Below are positions 39,894 to 50,255 of a stretch of 64,000 nt of DNA, piece by piece. The translations under genes and the position numbers were made by a program. The DNA is from Promethearchaeota archaeon (GTDB lineage: Archaea > Asgardarchaeota > Lokiarchaeia > Sigyniarchaeales > SOKP01), in contig JBHLLU010000006.1 in the NCBI GenBank assembly GCA_048938895.1, positions 32,001-96,000 on the forward strand, given 5' to 3'. Numbering within the stretch: the stretch's first letter is position 1; every line of letters starts with the position of its first letter. The notes beneath the pieces were generated by a model. It saw only the letters and a list, made by a program, of their open reading frames with translations. It was not told the origin of the DNA and searched no databases.

Positions 39894-41147
39894 TCAGTCA
39901 ATTTTAAAGAAGTAAAAGAAATAAAAGAGCACAATCAGAATAAGAATAAATCCTATAGTAATTTTAAGTGATTTCTTAATTAAATAACCATAAGGAATAA
40001 TTTTCTCATGAATTAAGTTATATTCTTCAAAAATCATACTGGTGTTTAGTATCCCATACCCTTGAGAATATTTATCTAATTCTAAATCTATAGAATACTT
40101 CTGTAGTAAGTTAAACAGATCATCATGAGATAAATGTGGTCTATATTCCTTAATAAGAGCGATTAAGCCAGTACCGATTGCAGCAGACACACTCGACCCT
40201 GTGACTGTCGTTTTTAAATCTTCTGATAACGGAATTTCTATTTTTGATCCTGGTAAGCAGAAATCTGGTTTTAATCTATTATCCACCGTTGGACCTCTTC
40301 CACTATATTCGGCAACACTGAAATTTTTAGTAATGGATCCTATAGATATTACCTTATTGGCGGCAGCAGGGCTACCTATTGAATTTGGATCAGGACCATA
40401 ATTTCCAGAAGGACATACAATGATAATCCCCCTATCCACTATCATATCGCATGCTTTTGATAAAATATCTTTACCGTCTGAAGGATTCTTCGTGATCAAA
40501 GATATTAATAATACATCAAGCTTGATTTCTTGTGCAATGATTATATCTAAAACTCTAAGAATATCTGAAAAATAAAATTCATTTTCTAAATTTGAGATAT
40601 CAAAATCGATCAATTTTGAATCAGGAGCAATACCAATAGATATTAAATTTTCTGTTATAAATTGATTATTGATTATACTTGCCATTATGGTCCCGTGTGT
40701 AATCTGGTTTCCTCGGTATTTCTTTAAATCACCACTATTTCTTATATGTTTTACATTATTAGTAATTGAAGGGAAAGTATCATCTATTCCATCATCTATA
40801 ATGCCTATAGTTACATTTTTACCAGTGTGAGTAACTTGTGAGGATTTAATCCTCTTTAAATCTAATATAGTATCTATTTCTGAAATAGTAGGATATAATT
40901 GTTGGTCTTCTTCAATTCGCTTTATTAATATTTCTTTTTCAAATGCTAATATTTCATCTTTCTTTAATTTTAGAGAAATAGAAGGGATACAATCAATTTT
41001 ATTTAAAATGTCCAAATTTTTGTTTTTAGTAATAAAATTATCTCTTTTCTTAATTTCATCAAATGAGAGGATTATTTTGACTAGGATTTTTTCATCTAGA
41101 TTTTTAATCCGTTTTTGAAGGATTGAATCGATTTTTTGATTTTTCAT
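39894..41147 (-). CDS. S8 subtilisin-like serine peptidase with C-terminal membrane anchor
   Basis: Asp in IIDDG, His in HGT, oxyanion SGN, Ser in TGSSVS, KPDF; terminal hydrophobic helix. Confidence 0.85.
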   Translation of the reverse strand: MKNQKIDSILQKRIKNLDEKILVKIILSFDEIKKRDNFITKNKNLDILNKIDCIPSISLKLKKDEILAFEKEILIKRIEEDQQLYPTISEIDTILDLKRIKSSQVTHTGKNVTIGIIDDGIDDTFPSITNNVKHIRNSGDLKKYRGNQITHGTIMASIINNQFITENLISIGIAPDSKLIDFDISNLENEFYFSDILRVLDIIIAQEIKLDVLLISLITKNPSDGKDILSKACDMIVDRGIIIVCPSGNYGPDPNSIGSPAAANKVISIGSITKNFSVAEYSGRGPTVDNRLKPDFCLPGSKIEIPLSEDLKTTVTGSSVSAAIGTGLIALIKEYRPHLSHDDLFNLLQKYSIDLELDKYSQGYGILNTSMIFEEYNLIHEKIIPYGYLIKKSLKITIGFILILIVLFYFFYFFKID

Positions 41148-41168
41148 CTTGTTTCAAAAAGCTAATTT

Positions 41169-41984
41169 TTAATCAAAATTATATTCCTTTAATACTTCTT
41201 CTACAGTATAATTTTTATGCACGATCTTTGAAATGGCACTGACCATTTTTGTGGGATCTTTTGATTGGAACACATTCCTCCCAAAAGCTACTCCAGAACC
41301 TCCTGCCTCGATAGAATCATATACCATTTGCAATAAATCTTGAGTAGTATCCATTTTTGGACCACCCGCAATTATGACTGGAACATTTTTTACGCTTTTA
41401 ACAATATATTCAAATGATTCTATACTTCCAGTATAATTTGTTTTAACAATATCTGCTCCTAATTCTACTCCTGCTCTTACTGCAATATTTACAACTTCAG
41501 GATCATTTTCATCTTTGATTTTTCTACCTCGAGGATATACCATTGCGATTAGAGGAACCCCCCACTCTCTTGAGGCTTCTACAACTCTACTTGCATCCTG
41601 TAGCATTTCAGGTTCCTCGTCTGCTCCAATATTTATATGAATCGAAACTCCATCAGCCCCTAATTTTAACGCTCGTTCTACAGAACATACCAAAACCTTT
41701 CTATTTGGATCTGGTGCTAAATTTGTAGCAGCAGAAAGATGAATTATCAAACCAATATCCTTCCCATATTGCCTATGCCCTGCGCCTACCATACCAGAAT
41801 GCATTAAAACAGCATTTGCTCCACCTAAAGCAACTTTATCGATCATTCCTGCAATATCTTCTAAACCATTGATGGTACCTAAGGTTAATCCATGATCCAT
41901 TGGTATTATTATGGTTCTCTTGGTTTCTCTGTCAATAAACCTTTCAATCCTAATGTTTTTTCCAATATTCAAGTTAAAACTCAA
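41169..41984 (-). CDS. aroA': 2-amino-3,7-dideoxy-D-threo-hept-6-ulosonate synthase / DhnA-type class I aldolase
   Basis: [38 protein letters not shown]. Confidence 0.8.
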   Translation of the reverse strand: MSFNLNIGKNIRIERFIDRETKRTIIIPMDHGLTLGTINGLEDIAGMIDKVALGGANAVLMHSGMVGAGHRQYGKDIGLIIHLSAATNLAPDPNRKVLVCSVERALKLGADGVSIHINIGADEEPEMLQDASRVVEASREWGVPLIAMVYPRGRKIKDENDPEVVNIAVRAGVELGADIVKTNYTGSIESFEYIVKSVKNVPVIIAGGPKMDTTQDLLQMVYDSIEAGGSGVAFGRNVFQSKDPTKMVSAISKIVHKNYTVEEVLKEYNFD

Positions 41985-42093
41985 TCTGGGATTTATTTTT
42001 TAAATTTAGACTGTAAATTATCAAATAAAAATTTATTCTATCCTCACTAATTCTATAGTAAGCATCATTTTAAGTAAAAAAATAATATTTAAT

Positions 42094-42972
42094 ATGATTG
42101 ACATCGTCCTCGAGTTTTTAATCGATTTATTCTCAAAGAACAAACTAAACAGGCTTCCTGAGAGTTATGGTGGAGATCGCATATTTTCAAACCCTATTAT
42201 TGGTGTTGCTCAAGGAGATGATTCTATTTTTAAAAAATATAAGGAAATAATTTCTCCAAAACATTTAACACCTGAAGAAGTATGGAAAGCGGCCAAATTA
42301 TCTAATATTGAAGATTCTAACCTGCGAATTCTTTCTATTGTATGCCCATTCTCAAATCAAATACGTTCTGAAAGCATAAAAGCGAGGATTATGCCTGCGG
42401 AAATCTATAGTATTGGGAGAAATTATGCAAACGAATTCAAAATCGAAGTTATGAAACAAACAATAGAGTTTTTTAGAAAACAAGGATTTAGAGCTACGGC
42501 AGGCATGCTAAGTGATAAGTTTATTATTTATCCTGGATTTTTTTCATCTTGGTCCGAACGACATATTGCTTTTGCAGCAGGTCTTGGGACGTTTAGCCTC
42601 CATGAGGGATTAATATCAGAAGTTGGGTGTAATATTCGACTATGTTCAGTAATTACAGACGCACCACTACGAGTAACATCTCGCAGAAGTGATGATCCAT
42701 ATGCAAATTGCCTATATTATACTAACGGAACGTGTAGAGAGTGTGAAAAAAAATGTCCTGCTGATGCTATCAATGAAAATGGACATGATAAGAAGAAATG
42801 TCGGATTTATGGTAGAAAAATTGAAGCAGAAATGACCAAACGTCTGGCTCCAATTTTGAAACCTCATTTGAGACGGATTCAAGGCAAGATGGTTCAAAGT
42901 TATCCTGTAGGATGCGCATTTTGTCAATTTGGTGTACCTTGTATGGATAAAAATCCAATAAAAGCTGAATAA
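42094..42972 (+). CDS. Epoxyqueuosine reductase / reductive dehalogenase-like Fe-S protein (paralogue of 14247)
   Basis: WSERHIAFAAGLGTF, CRECEKKCP, CAFCQFGVPC. Confidence 0.8.
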   Translation: MIDIVLEFLIDLFSKNKLNRLPESYGGDRIFSNPIIGVAQGDDSIFKKYKEIISPKHLTPEEVWKAAKLSNIEDSNLRILSIVCPFSNQIRSESIKARIMPAEIYSIGRNYANEFKIEVMKQTIEFFRKQGFRATAGMLSDKFIIYPGFFSSWSERHIAFAAGLGTFSLHEGLISEVGCNIRLCSVITDAPLRVTSRRSDDPYANCLYYTNGTCRECEKKCPADAINENGHDKKKCRIYGRKIEAEMTKRLAPILKPHLRRIQGKMVQSYPVGCAFCQFGVPCMDKNPIKAE

Positions 42973-43004
42973 TATAATAATAAGAAACTAAATTCATGAA
43001 TTTC

Positions 43005-44576
43005 CTACCATGGTCTTCTAATTATTGTGGGTCTACTCATTTTCGATTTTTCTGGATAATCTACATTATAATGAATTCCACGACTCTCTTTCCTAGATAT
43101 TGCACTGACGATTATTATTTTTGCCACTGTAGCCAAATTGCGTAATTCTACTAAGTTTTTTTCAATTTTAAAATCCCAGTAATATTGGTCTATCTCATCA
43201 AGTAATAAGTTAATTCTTTTTTTAGCTCTTTGTAATCTTTTATCCGTTCGAACAATCCCAACATAATTCCACATGAATCTTCGGATTTCATCCCAATTTT
43301 GACTTAAAACAACAGCTTCAGTGGTTGGTACAGCATTTCCTGGTTCCCATTCTGGAAATTCTTGTATTTTCAACTGTTGAATTTTTTGTTTTAATGCATT
43401 GGCACATTCATAAGCTGTTACTAGACCTTCTAGCAAAGAATTACTCGCTAATCTATTTGCTCCATGTAAACCAGTACATGAAGATTCTCCAATAACATAA
43501 AGGTTTTTAACATCGGTCTTTCCATTAATATCTGCTCTTACTCCTCCACAACAATAATGCGCAGCAGGCACAACTGGGATAGGATCCTTTGTTATATCTA
43601 TATTAAATTTCAAACATATGTTATAAATTCCTGGGAAATGAGTTTTAATAAAATCTTCACTTTTGTATGTGGCGATATCGAGATAAACAAAATCATCACC
43701 AGATCGTTTTAGTTCAGCATCAATCGCTCTTGAAACAATATCACGAGGAGCAAGGTCTTTTAACGGATGATATTTTTGCATAAAAACTTCCCCTCGAATA
43801 TCCTTTAAAATAGCACCTTCTCCTCTCATAGCCTCGGTAATGAGAAATGATTTAGCATAAGGATGATATAAGCAAGTTGGGTGAAATTGATAGAATTCCA
43901 TATTAGCAATTGTAGTTCCAGCACGATATGCCATAGCTATTCCATCTCCTGAGGCAATATCCGGATTAGTGGTATATAAATATATTTTTCCAGCACCACC
44001 AGTAGCCAATATAGTTGCTTTTGCACTGATATTATGGATCTCGTGTGTTTCTTGATTTAAAGCATATACACCATAACATTTAAAATTCTTTGCAAATAAA
44101 TTAACAGCACACCATTTCTCTTTTATTTGAATATCTGGAATTTTTTTAAGATTCTGAATCAATACTTTCTCGACTGATTGACCCGTCTGATCATTAACAT
44201 GAAGCACTCTTCTAGCTGAGTGCCCACCTTCCTTACCTAGGTCGTATTCGCCATCTGAATTACGAGTGAATTCTACTCCTAATTTAATTAGATCATTTAT
44301 TCTTTCAGGAGCTTGAGAGATTATTTTTCTTACAACTTTTTCATCACATAATCCATCTCCAGCTATGAGTGTATCTTGAATATGTTTTTCGAAATTATCA
44401 TTGTCACCCCATACACAAGCAATTCCACCTTGTGCATAATAAGTACTACTTTCCTGTAAACCCTCTTTAGTAATTAATAATATCTGCACATCTGGAACTA
44501 ATTTTGATAAGTAAAGTGCTAAGGAAAGACCTGAAATTCCACTACCGATAATTAAAATATCCGTTTTAAGGTTCAA
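43005..44576 (-). CDS. nadB: L-aspartate oxidase
   Basis: GSGISG, YAQGGIA, EGGHS, QFHPT, HGANRLASNSL, ESRGIH. Confidence 0.95.
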   Translation of the reverse strand: MNLKTDILIIGSGISGLSLALYLSKLVPDVQILLITKEGLQESSTYYAQGGIACVWGDNDNFEKHIQDTLIAGDGLCDEKVVRKIISQAPERINDLIKLGVEFTRNSDGEYDLGKEGGHSARRVLHVNDQTGQSVEKVLIQNLKKIPDIQIKEKWCAVNLFAKNFKCYGVYALNQETHEIHNISAKATILATGGAGKIYLYTTNPDIASGDGIAMAYRAGTTIANMEFYQFHPTCLYHPYAKSFLITEAMRGEGAILKDIRGEVFMQKYHPLKDLAPRDIVSRAIDAELKRSGDDFVYLDIATYKSEDFIKTHFPGIYNICLKFNIDITKDPIPVVPAAHYCCGGVRADINGKTDVKNLYVIGESSCTGLHGANRLASNSLLEGLVTAYECANALKQKIQQLKIQEFPEWEPGNAVPTTEAVVLSQNWDEIRRFMWNYVGIVRTDKRLQRAKKRINLLLDEIDQYYWDFKIEKNLVELRNLATVAKIIIVSAISRKESRGIHYNVDYPEKSKMSRPTIIRRPW

Positions 44577-44689
44577 TAGAATATGATTTTTTCAAAATAT
44601 GATTGTAGGTTATTTTGTATTCCCCATAATTAAATTAAAATTTTATTGCTATAAATACTAGATTAAGAAATTTTTTTCCTGCAAATATA

Positions 44690-45181
44690 ATGACAAAAAT
44701 AGAAAACATTCTATATTTCTGCAGTGGGAACACGTGTCGTAGTCCATTCGCTGAATATTATTCCAAATTACTTAAAACTACAAAATTTAAAGAAGAACTT
44801 AAAGATGTTAAATTCGATTCTGCTGGTATATACCATTATTACAAGATTGCTCAACCTGGAACTGTAAATTATCTAAAAACTAAAGGTGTTGACATTAGTG
44901 ATTTCAAGACAAAAAGAATAGATCGAGAGCTATTAGAGAAACAAGACCTCGTTTTGGGATTCGAACAAAAACATCACATCAATAAACTAAAGAGAAAATT
45001 TAAAGATGTTGAAGATCTTAAAGATAAACTCTTTTTATTATTAGAATTTGCCGGAGAAAAAGAAAATTTAGAGATTTTTGACCCTTTTGATCTTGAGCAA
45101 GAAGAATATAATGCAATCCTTAAAAGAATCGAAATTGGAGTAGTAAAAGTGATTAAAAAAATCATTGATATTAATCTCTGA
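44690..45181 (+). CDS. Low-molecular-weight protein phosphatase (LMW-PTP/YwlE family)
   Basis: P-loop CSGNTCRS, SAG, DPF. Confidence 0.9.
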   Translation: MTKIENILYFCSGNTCRSPFAEYYSKLLKTTKFKEELKDVKFDSAGIYHYYKIAQPGTVNYLKTKGVDISDFKTKRIDRELLEKQDLVLGFEQKHHINKLKRKFKDVEDLKDKLFLLLEFAGEKENLEIFDPFDLEQEEYNAILKRIEIGVVKVIKKIIDINL

Positions 45182-45188
45182 TAAATTA

Positions 45189-46811
45189 TTAGTCAGCAAC
45201 ATCTGAATATCTTTCGCTAAAATACTTTTTAATAAGATATTTAGCCTGTGTAAAATGGCTGACATTTCCTTGAAAACTTTTTAATTCTTTCGAGAAATTA
45301 TTTTCGAACTCTCTAGAAAATTCGTCTAGTTTTTTAAACAATACTGGTAATTCCATAGTAGCTATTAGAGCAACGATATGATATTTCCCATAACCAAATA
45401 GTAAAAATACTCCTTCTTTATCAATTTTTCTAAGTTCTTTCTTACTTCGTGTAATTTCAGAAATTATAGTTAAAACACCAGAGAGAACACCTGATACAAT
45501 ATCTCTATCAAATTGAACGGGTTCTTCAGTTTTTTTTTTCTTTTCGAAGTTATGTTCGTATAGACAAATTCCTGTTTTACTAAAAACAAGAAGATCATTT
45601 AGAGTTTCTGCCCACTTTTTTTCTTTTGAGACTAGAAATTCCTTCATTCCCATCATCCACACTAAAAGTATAACCAAAATAAAACTATTAAGTAGATTCG
45701 AAAAGTTAGGAACAACATCTTCAATATAAGGGACAGTAATTATCCATTTACCAAATATAAACCCAAGTATAGTCCCAAAAAAGAATAATAACATGAAAAT
45801 CCCATTGATACGACCTCTGAACTTCAGATTTCCTCTTTCTGTAGAAAAATCTCCTGCGATTGTAAAGATTGCAAGTATCAGTGGACATATTGAAAAACCA
45901 TAATGGATGGAAAGAAAAACTTTTCTTGGCATACCCAAAATATAGGGTTCATTGATAAACGACCCATAAGATATAAGAAAAAATGAAACAACTAAAATAC
46001 CTAAAACAATTGATATTTTTCGGCCTAAATTATCTAAAAAACAGCCAGCAGCAATAAGATATAACGAGGAAACTATAAAAAATATAAGAAAATCTACTTC
46101 AAAACTATACCTAGAAAACAGGTTGCCCAATGTGAAACTTAAGATTGTAAAACTGGAAATATATCTAAAAAAATGCTTTTCAAAAATAATTTCCAAATAT
46201 TTTTTGTCAGATTTTAATCTTACATCGGTTTCTATATATTTATAACTTTTAGAATACCAATAAACAACAATAAAAATAATAAGTTCTAATAATCCAAATA
46301 TAAAATACAAGGAATCAAACACTATAAAGAATATAGAAAAAGCCGCTAAGTTAAAACTAGGAATTAATAAAAACATTGATATTCTCCCTCGATTTAAAAT
46401 GTTTGTTTCATGGACTAGTATTGTAAACCAAATAATGATTAATTGGGGGATTGCTAAGAGAATGATTAACAATCCGAGATAATATAATAAAACCCCTGGA
46501 ATTACGCCTACTATAAGTCCAATAACGCAAAGGAATAAGGTTGTATTTAAATATCTTGTTCGATTTTTAATATGATCTACAATCATACCTGAAATAAAAA
46601 AGGAAATTGCAATAATAAATACAAAAACATAAGTTTCTAATCCCATAGTATTTAGATCTCGAATTAGCATTAAATATTCAAATACTAAAGCTTCAACAAT
46701 TAACATAATAGCTAATAGTGAGAAAAATAAATAACTAAAAGTTTTGAGTTCAATATTGATATCTCTAGTAAATACCCTAATAAACCACTGTTTTACAGAA
46801 TTCTTTTTCAT
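45189..46811 (-). CDS. MFS-like 12-TM membrane protein fused to C-terminal longin-like domain
   Basis: About 12 TM segments with motif A-like DNLGRK; soluble tail LLVFSKTGICLYEHNF...DRDIVSGVLSGV. Confidence 0.78.
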   Translation of the reverse strand: MKKNSVKQWFIRVFTRDINIELKTFSYLFFSLLAIMLIVEALVFEYLMLIRDLNTMGLETYVFVFIIAISFFISGMIVDHIKNRTRYLNTTLFLCVIGLIVGVIPGVLLYYLGLLIILLAIPQLIIIWFTILVHETNILNRGRISMFLLIPSFNLAAFSIFFIVFDSLYFIFGLLELIIFIVVYWYSKSYKYIETDVRLKSDKKYLEIIFEKHFFRYISSFTILSFTLGNLFSRYSFEVDFLIFFIVSSLYLIAAGCFLDNLGRKISIVLGILVVSFFLISYGSFINEPYILGMPRKVFLSIHYGFSICPLILAIFTIAGDFSTERGNLKFRGRINGIFMLLFFFGTILGFIFGKWIITVPYIEDVVPNFSNLLNSFILVILLVWMMGMKEFLVSKEKKWAETLNDLLVFSKTGICLYEHNFEKKKKTEEPVQFDRDIVSGVLSGVLTIISEITRSKKELRKIDKEGVFLLFGYGKYHIVALIATMELPVLFKKLDEFSREFENNFSKELKSFQGNVSHFTQAKYLIKKYFSERYSDVAD

Positions 46812-46934
46812 GATAGGCTTTCAAATATTTATTAATGATAATATTTTTTAGATCTGGTTTTTATTTAATATTTTTGTCAAACCCTATTTATGACATAGAA
46901 TTAAATTCTAATTGTATCGAATATTCAATGAATC

Positions 46935-47411
46935 ATGAATAAAATTATGAGGATACTCTTTGTATGTTTAGGGAATACTGCTAGATCTCCTGTGGCAGAA
47001 TATTTAGCTCGATACTACGCAGAAATACGTGGCTTAAACTTAATTATTGAAAGTGCTGGATTTATCAATGCATTTTCATACATGCAAAGAGAGTCTCAGG
47101 AATATTTGAATTCTAAACATATTGATCATTCTGAATTTCACCCTCAATTGATCACTCGTAGCATATTAAGAAATCAGGATTTAATATTAACAATGGAAAA
47201 ATCTCACTCAAAAGAGATTATCAACAATTATAGCGAGATACTTAATATTGAAAAGAAAACTTATACGTTAAAAGAGTATACTGGTGAATCTAAAGACATT
47301 GATATAATTGATCCTTATTATTCAAATGAAAGATATCAAGAGGTTCTTAAAACCATTGATAAATATGTTAAAAAAGTCATTGAAAAAATAAAGGCTGAGA
47401 AGAACGTATAA
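46935..47411 (+). CDS. Low-molecular-weight protein phosphatase (LMW-PTP/YwlE family)
   Basis: P-loop CLGNTARS, SAG, DLILTME, DPYY. Confidence 0.9.
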   Translation: MNKIMRILFVCLGNTARSPVAEYLARYYAEIRGLNLIIESAGFINAFSYMQRESQEYLNSKHIDHSEFHPQLITRSILRNQDLILTMEKSHSKEIINNYSEILNIEKKTYTLKEYTGESKDIDIIDPYYSNERYQEVLKTIDKYVKKVIEKIKAEKNV

Positions 47412-47462
47412 TAATCTTTAAATATGTTCAGAATAATTTGTTATAAGTAAATCTACTTTAAA

Positions 47463-48410
47463 ATGATTTCTATGGAATTGGCTATAGAAACTAAAAATTT
47501 AACAAAATATTTTGGAGATGTACACGCTGTTGATGGAATTGATTTACAAGTTCCAAAGGGTACATTATTTGGATTTTTAGGACCTAATGGTGCAGGAAAA
47601 ACTACAACCATCTCAATATTAAGTACAATTCTTCCACCAACTAGTGGAGAAGCCACAATTCTAGGAAACGATGTACAAAAAGACGCTAATAAAATTAAGA
47701 AGATAATCGGAGTATGTCCTCAAGAAATTGTGCTTTATGAAAGATTATCAGCAAGAGAAAATATTAATTTAATTGCAAAGATGCATGGATTGAAAAAAGA
47801 AGATTATAAAGAAAAAACAGATAATCTTCTGGGAAGAATGAATCTCCTTGAGAGAGCTGATTCGCTAGTTAAAACATATTCCGGAGGAATGAAAAGAAGA
47901 GTTAACGTTCTCATGGCAGTGATCCACGATCCTGAAATTGTTATATTTGATGAACCAACTGCTGGTTTAGATCCACAATCTCGTAGAGTTGTTTGGGATT
48001 TTATAAGAGATTTTCAAAAGAAAAACGCCACAATTATCTTAACAACACATAATATGGAAGAAGCTGATGATCTTTCAGATGAATTAATAATCATTGATAA
48101 TGGTAAGATTATCTCTCAAGGAACTCCAAAAGAATTAAAAGGCAAGTTAGGCAAAGGTGATGTTATTGAGTTTAAGGTTAAAGAGCAGGTAAATAGAGAA
48201 GAAATTATACCAAGATTAGAGCAATTAGATTTTGTAAAATGGGTTAAACCGGTAGGAAAAAGAAGAATAATTCTGAATGGATTAGATGGATTGCGTCGAA
48301 TAAATGAGATAATAGATGCAGTGAAGGAAAAAATGTTAGATATATCGATACGAAAAAACACATTAGAGGATGTATTTATTGATTTAACTGGAAGGAGGTT
48401 AAGAGATTAA
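47463..48410 (+). CDS. ABC-2 type transporter ATP-binding protein
   Basis: GPNGAGKT, YSGGMKRR, DEPTAGLD, TLEDVFI. Confidence 0.93.
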   Translation: MISMELAIETKNLTKYFGDVHAVDGIDLQVPKGTLFGFLGPNGAGKTTTISILSTILPPTSGEATILGNDVQKDANKIKKIIGVCPQEIVLYERLSARENINLIAKMHGLKKEDYKEKTDNLLGRMNLLERADSLVKTYSGGMKRRVNVLMAVIHDPEIVIFDEPTAGLDPQSRRVVWDFIRDFQKKNATIILTTHNMEEADDLSDELIIIDNGKIISQGTPKELKGKLGKGDVIEFKVKEQVNREEIIPRLEQLDFVKWVKPVGKRRIILNGLDGLRRINEIIDAVKEKMLDISIRKNTLEDVFIDLTGRRLRD

Positions 48411-49567
48411 TGAACAACGAGAGAAAACTTAAAAGATTAAATAAAGCAAAGTACAAAGGACACCTTTTAAGTTTAACTATCAAAAACATAAAAACTATGT
48501 TTCGAGATAAAACAGAATTAGCCTGGATAATAGGCTACCCCCTGATTTTGATTTTTGTATTTTCGCTTGCATTTGGGTTTACTTCTTCACTTTCTAAATT
48601 TGATTTAATTATTTTTAATGAAGATCCAAATCAACCCGAAAGTTTAGATGATTATTCTTTAGTATTTATAGGAATCTTGGAAAATAATTTAACTAATTAC
48701 ATAAATCTCAATCAATCGAGCTATTCAAAAAGTGAAGCTGAGAAAGAACTAAAATATGAAAGAGTTGATGCTATTATTTTTATACCTAATAATTTTACAG
48801 AGACGATTATTAATAATGAAACCGTAAGACTTGATATAAGAATAATTCCTGATATTGTTACAGAGGGAGTAGTTGGATCCATTACGAAACAAATCATTGA
48901 TCTCCTTATAATATTTCATAATAATGGCACTCCCTCCGAAGTAGTCATAGATCGTGTTACAAACACAGTTGAAATAACTGCTTTTGACATGATGGCTCCT
49001 GGTTTCATTATTGCAGGTGTTACAGTCTGTATTAGTCAATTGGCATTGCATTTTGCTGAAGAAAAGGAAACAGGGACATTAAAAAGACTGAGTACTACAC
49101 CTGTATCACGAGGAAGCGTTCTAATATCAGGTCTTCTTTCACAACTTATTGTAATTACAATACAGACTCTAATTTTAATACTTTTATTAATGCTATTTGG
49201 AGCATATTTTGCACCAGGTGTAAATATTTTAGTTTTGCTTCTAATCCCTCTCTTATTCTCGTTCACATGTTTAGGTCTTGGATTACTTCTAGCTTCCTTT
49301 ACTAAATCTCAATCGTCAGCAGGAGGATTAGCTTGGTTTATCATTCTCCCTCTTCAATTCTTAGGTGGTGTTTTCTTTATGATTGATAATCCTATTTCAG
49401 ATTTTATACCAACATCATATGCAGTTCATGCTATGAGGCTTGTAATGGTCTCTGGAATAACCACTTGGGATGCTATTGGCGTAGATATTCTAGTACTTTT
49501 AGGATTTGGTATTGTATCAACCGCGTTAGGAATTCTCTTATTTCGGAGAAAAACTGCAATTCTTTAA
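48410..49567 (+). CDS. ABC-2 type transporter permease
   Basis: EKETGTLKRLSTTP, 6 TM; overlaps the ATPase stop (TAATG). Confidence 0.9.
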   Translation: MNNERKLKRLNKAKYKGHLLSLTIKNIKTMFRDKTELAWIIGYPLILIFVFSLAFGFTSSLSKFDLIIFNEDPNQPESLDDYSLVFIGILENNLTNYINLNQSSYSKSEAEKELKYERVDAIIFIPNNFTETIINNETVRLDIRIIPDIVTEGVVGSITKQIIDLLIIFHNNGTPSEVVIDRVTNTVEITAFDMMAPGFIIAGVTVCISQLALHFAEEKETGTLKRLSTTPVSRGSVLISGLLSQLIVITIQTLILILLLMLFGAYFAPGVNILVLLLIPLLFSFTCLGLGLLLASFTKSQSSAGGLAWFIILPLQFLGGVFFMIDNPISDFIPTSYAVHAMRLVMVSGITTWDAIGVDILVLLGFGIVSTALGILLFRRKTAIL

Positions 49568-49695
49568 TTTTCCTTTTTTTTTATTAAATAATTTGTTTTT
49601 CTTTCAATAAGGAACTATTGATAAAATTAAGTTTTAAATAGGTAAAGAGATAAATAACTTATAAAGAAATTATGAGTTTTTAACCGTACTTTTTT

Positions 49696-50244
49696 TTGTT
49701 AGGGGAATTTATTTTGGAAGATTATAAGAAAGAATTAAATAAAAGAATCCATAATCCAGTTGATAATATAAACTCAGTTAAAGGATTTGAAATAATAACT
49801 GAATCTTTAGTTTATAAAGTATATGATGTATTTGGACGTAATAGTCTTTTATCAATATTATATCAAACAGGAGTGTTTCCAGGGACAATTATAGCTGAAC
49901 GAATAAAAAGAGAATACCAAAAAGAGGAATTCGAAATTATGGAAGCTTTAGTGATTCTAATGGATGAATTAAAAGAATTTTACGCTATTCAAGTTAGAGA
50001 TATCGAACAGTTCTCCGATCACGCCCGAATTATTATTGAAAATCATTGTTTTTTACGTGAACCCATTAAACATAGAGAAAAATTAGACTTCGGTAAAGCG
50101 TTTTGTCGGATTAATAAGGGATATTTTGAAACGGCATTTCAAAAATTACTTGGGAATAAGATAAAAAAAATTGAAATAAATTTTCTTGAGAATGATGAAG
50201 AAAAGAACGTATGCGTAGAAGAACTTAATTTTTTCTATAATTAA
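49696..50244 (+). CDS. V4R/Bet3-like fold protein (putative)
   Basis: ILYQTG..PG, ENHCFLRE, FCRINKGYFETAF and a terminal CVEEL pattern. Confidence 0.55.
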   Translation: MLGEFILEDYKKELNKRIHNPVDNINSVKGFEIITESLVYKVYDVFGRNSLLSILYQTGVFPGTIIAERIKREYQKEEFEIMEALVILMDELKEFYAIQVRDIEQFSDHARIIIENHCFLREPIKHREKLDFGKAFCRINKGYFETAFQKLLGNKIKKIEINFLENDEEKNVCVEELNFFYN

Positions 50245-50255
50245 AAAATTATTAT

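Noticed and set aside
37691-41728. Short ORFs opposite or inside the hydrolase, XPF, subtilase and aldolase genes
   Set aside because: Shadows of confidently assigned genes.
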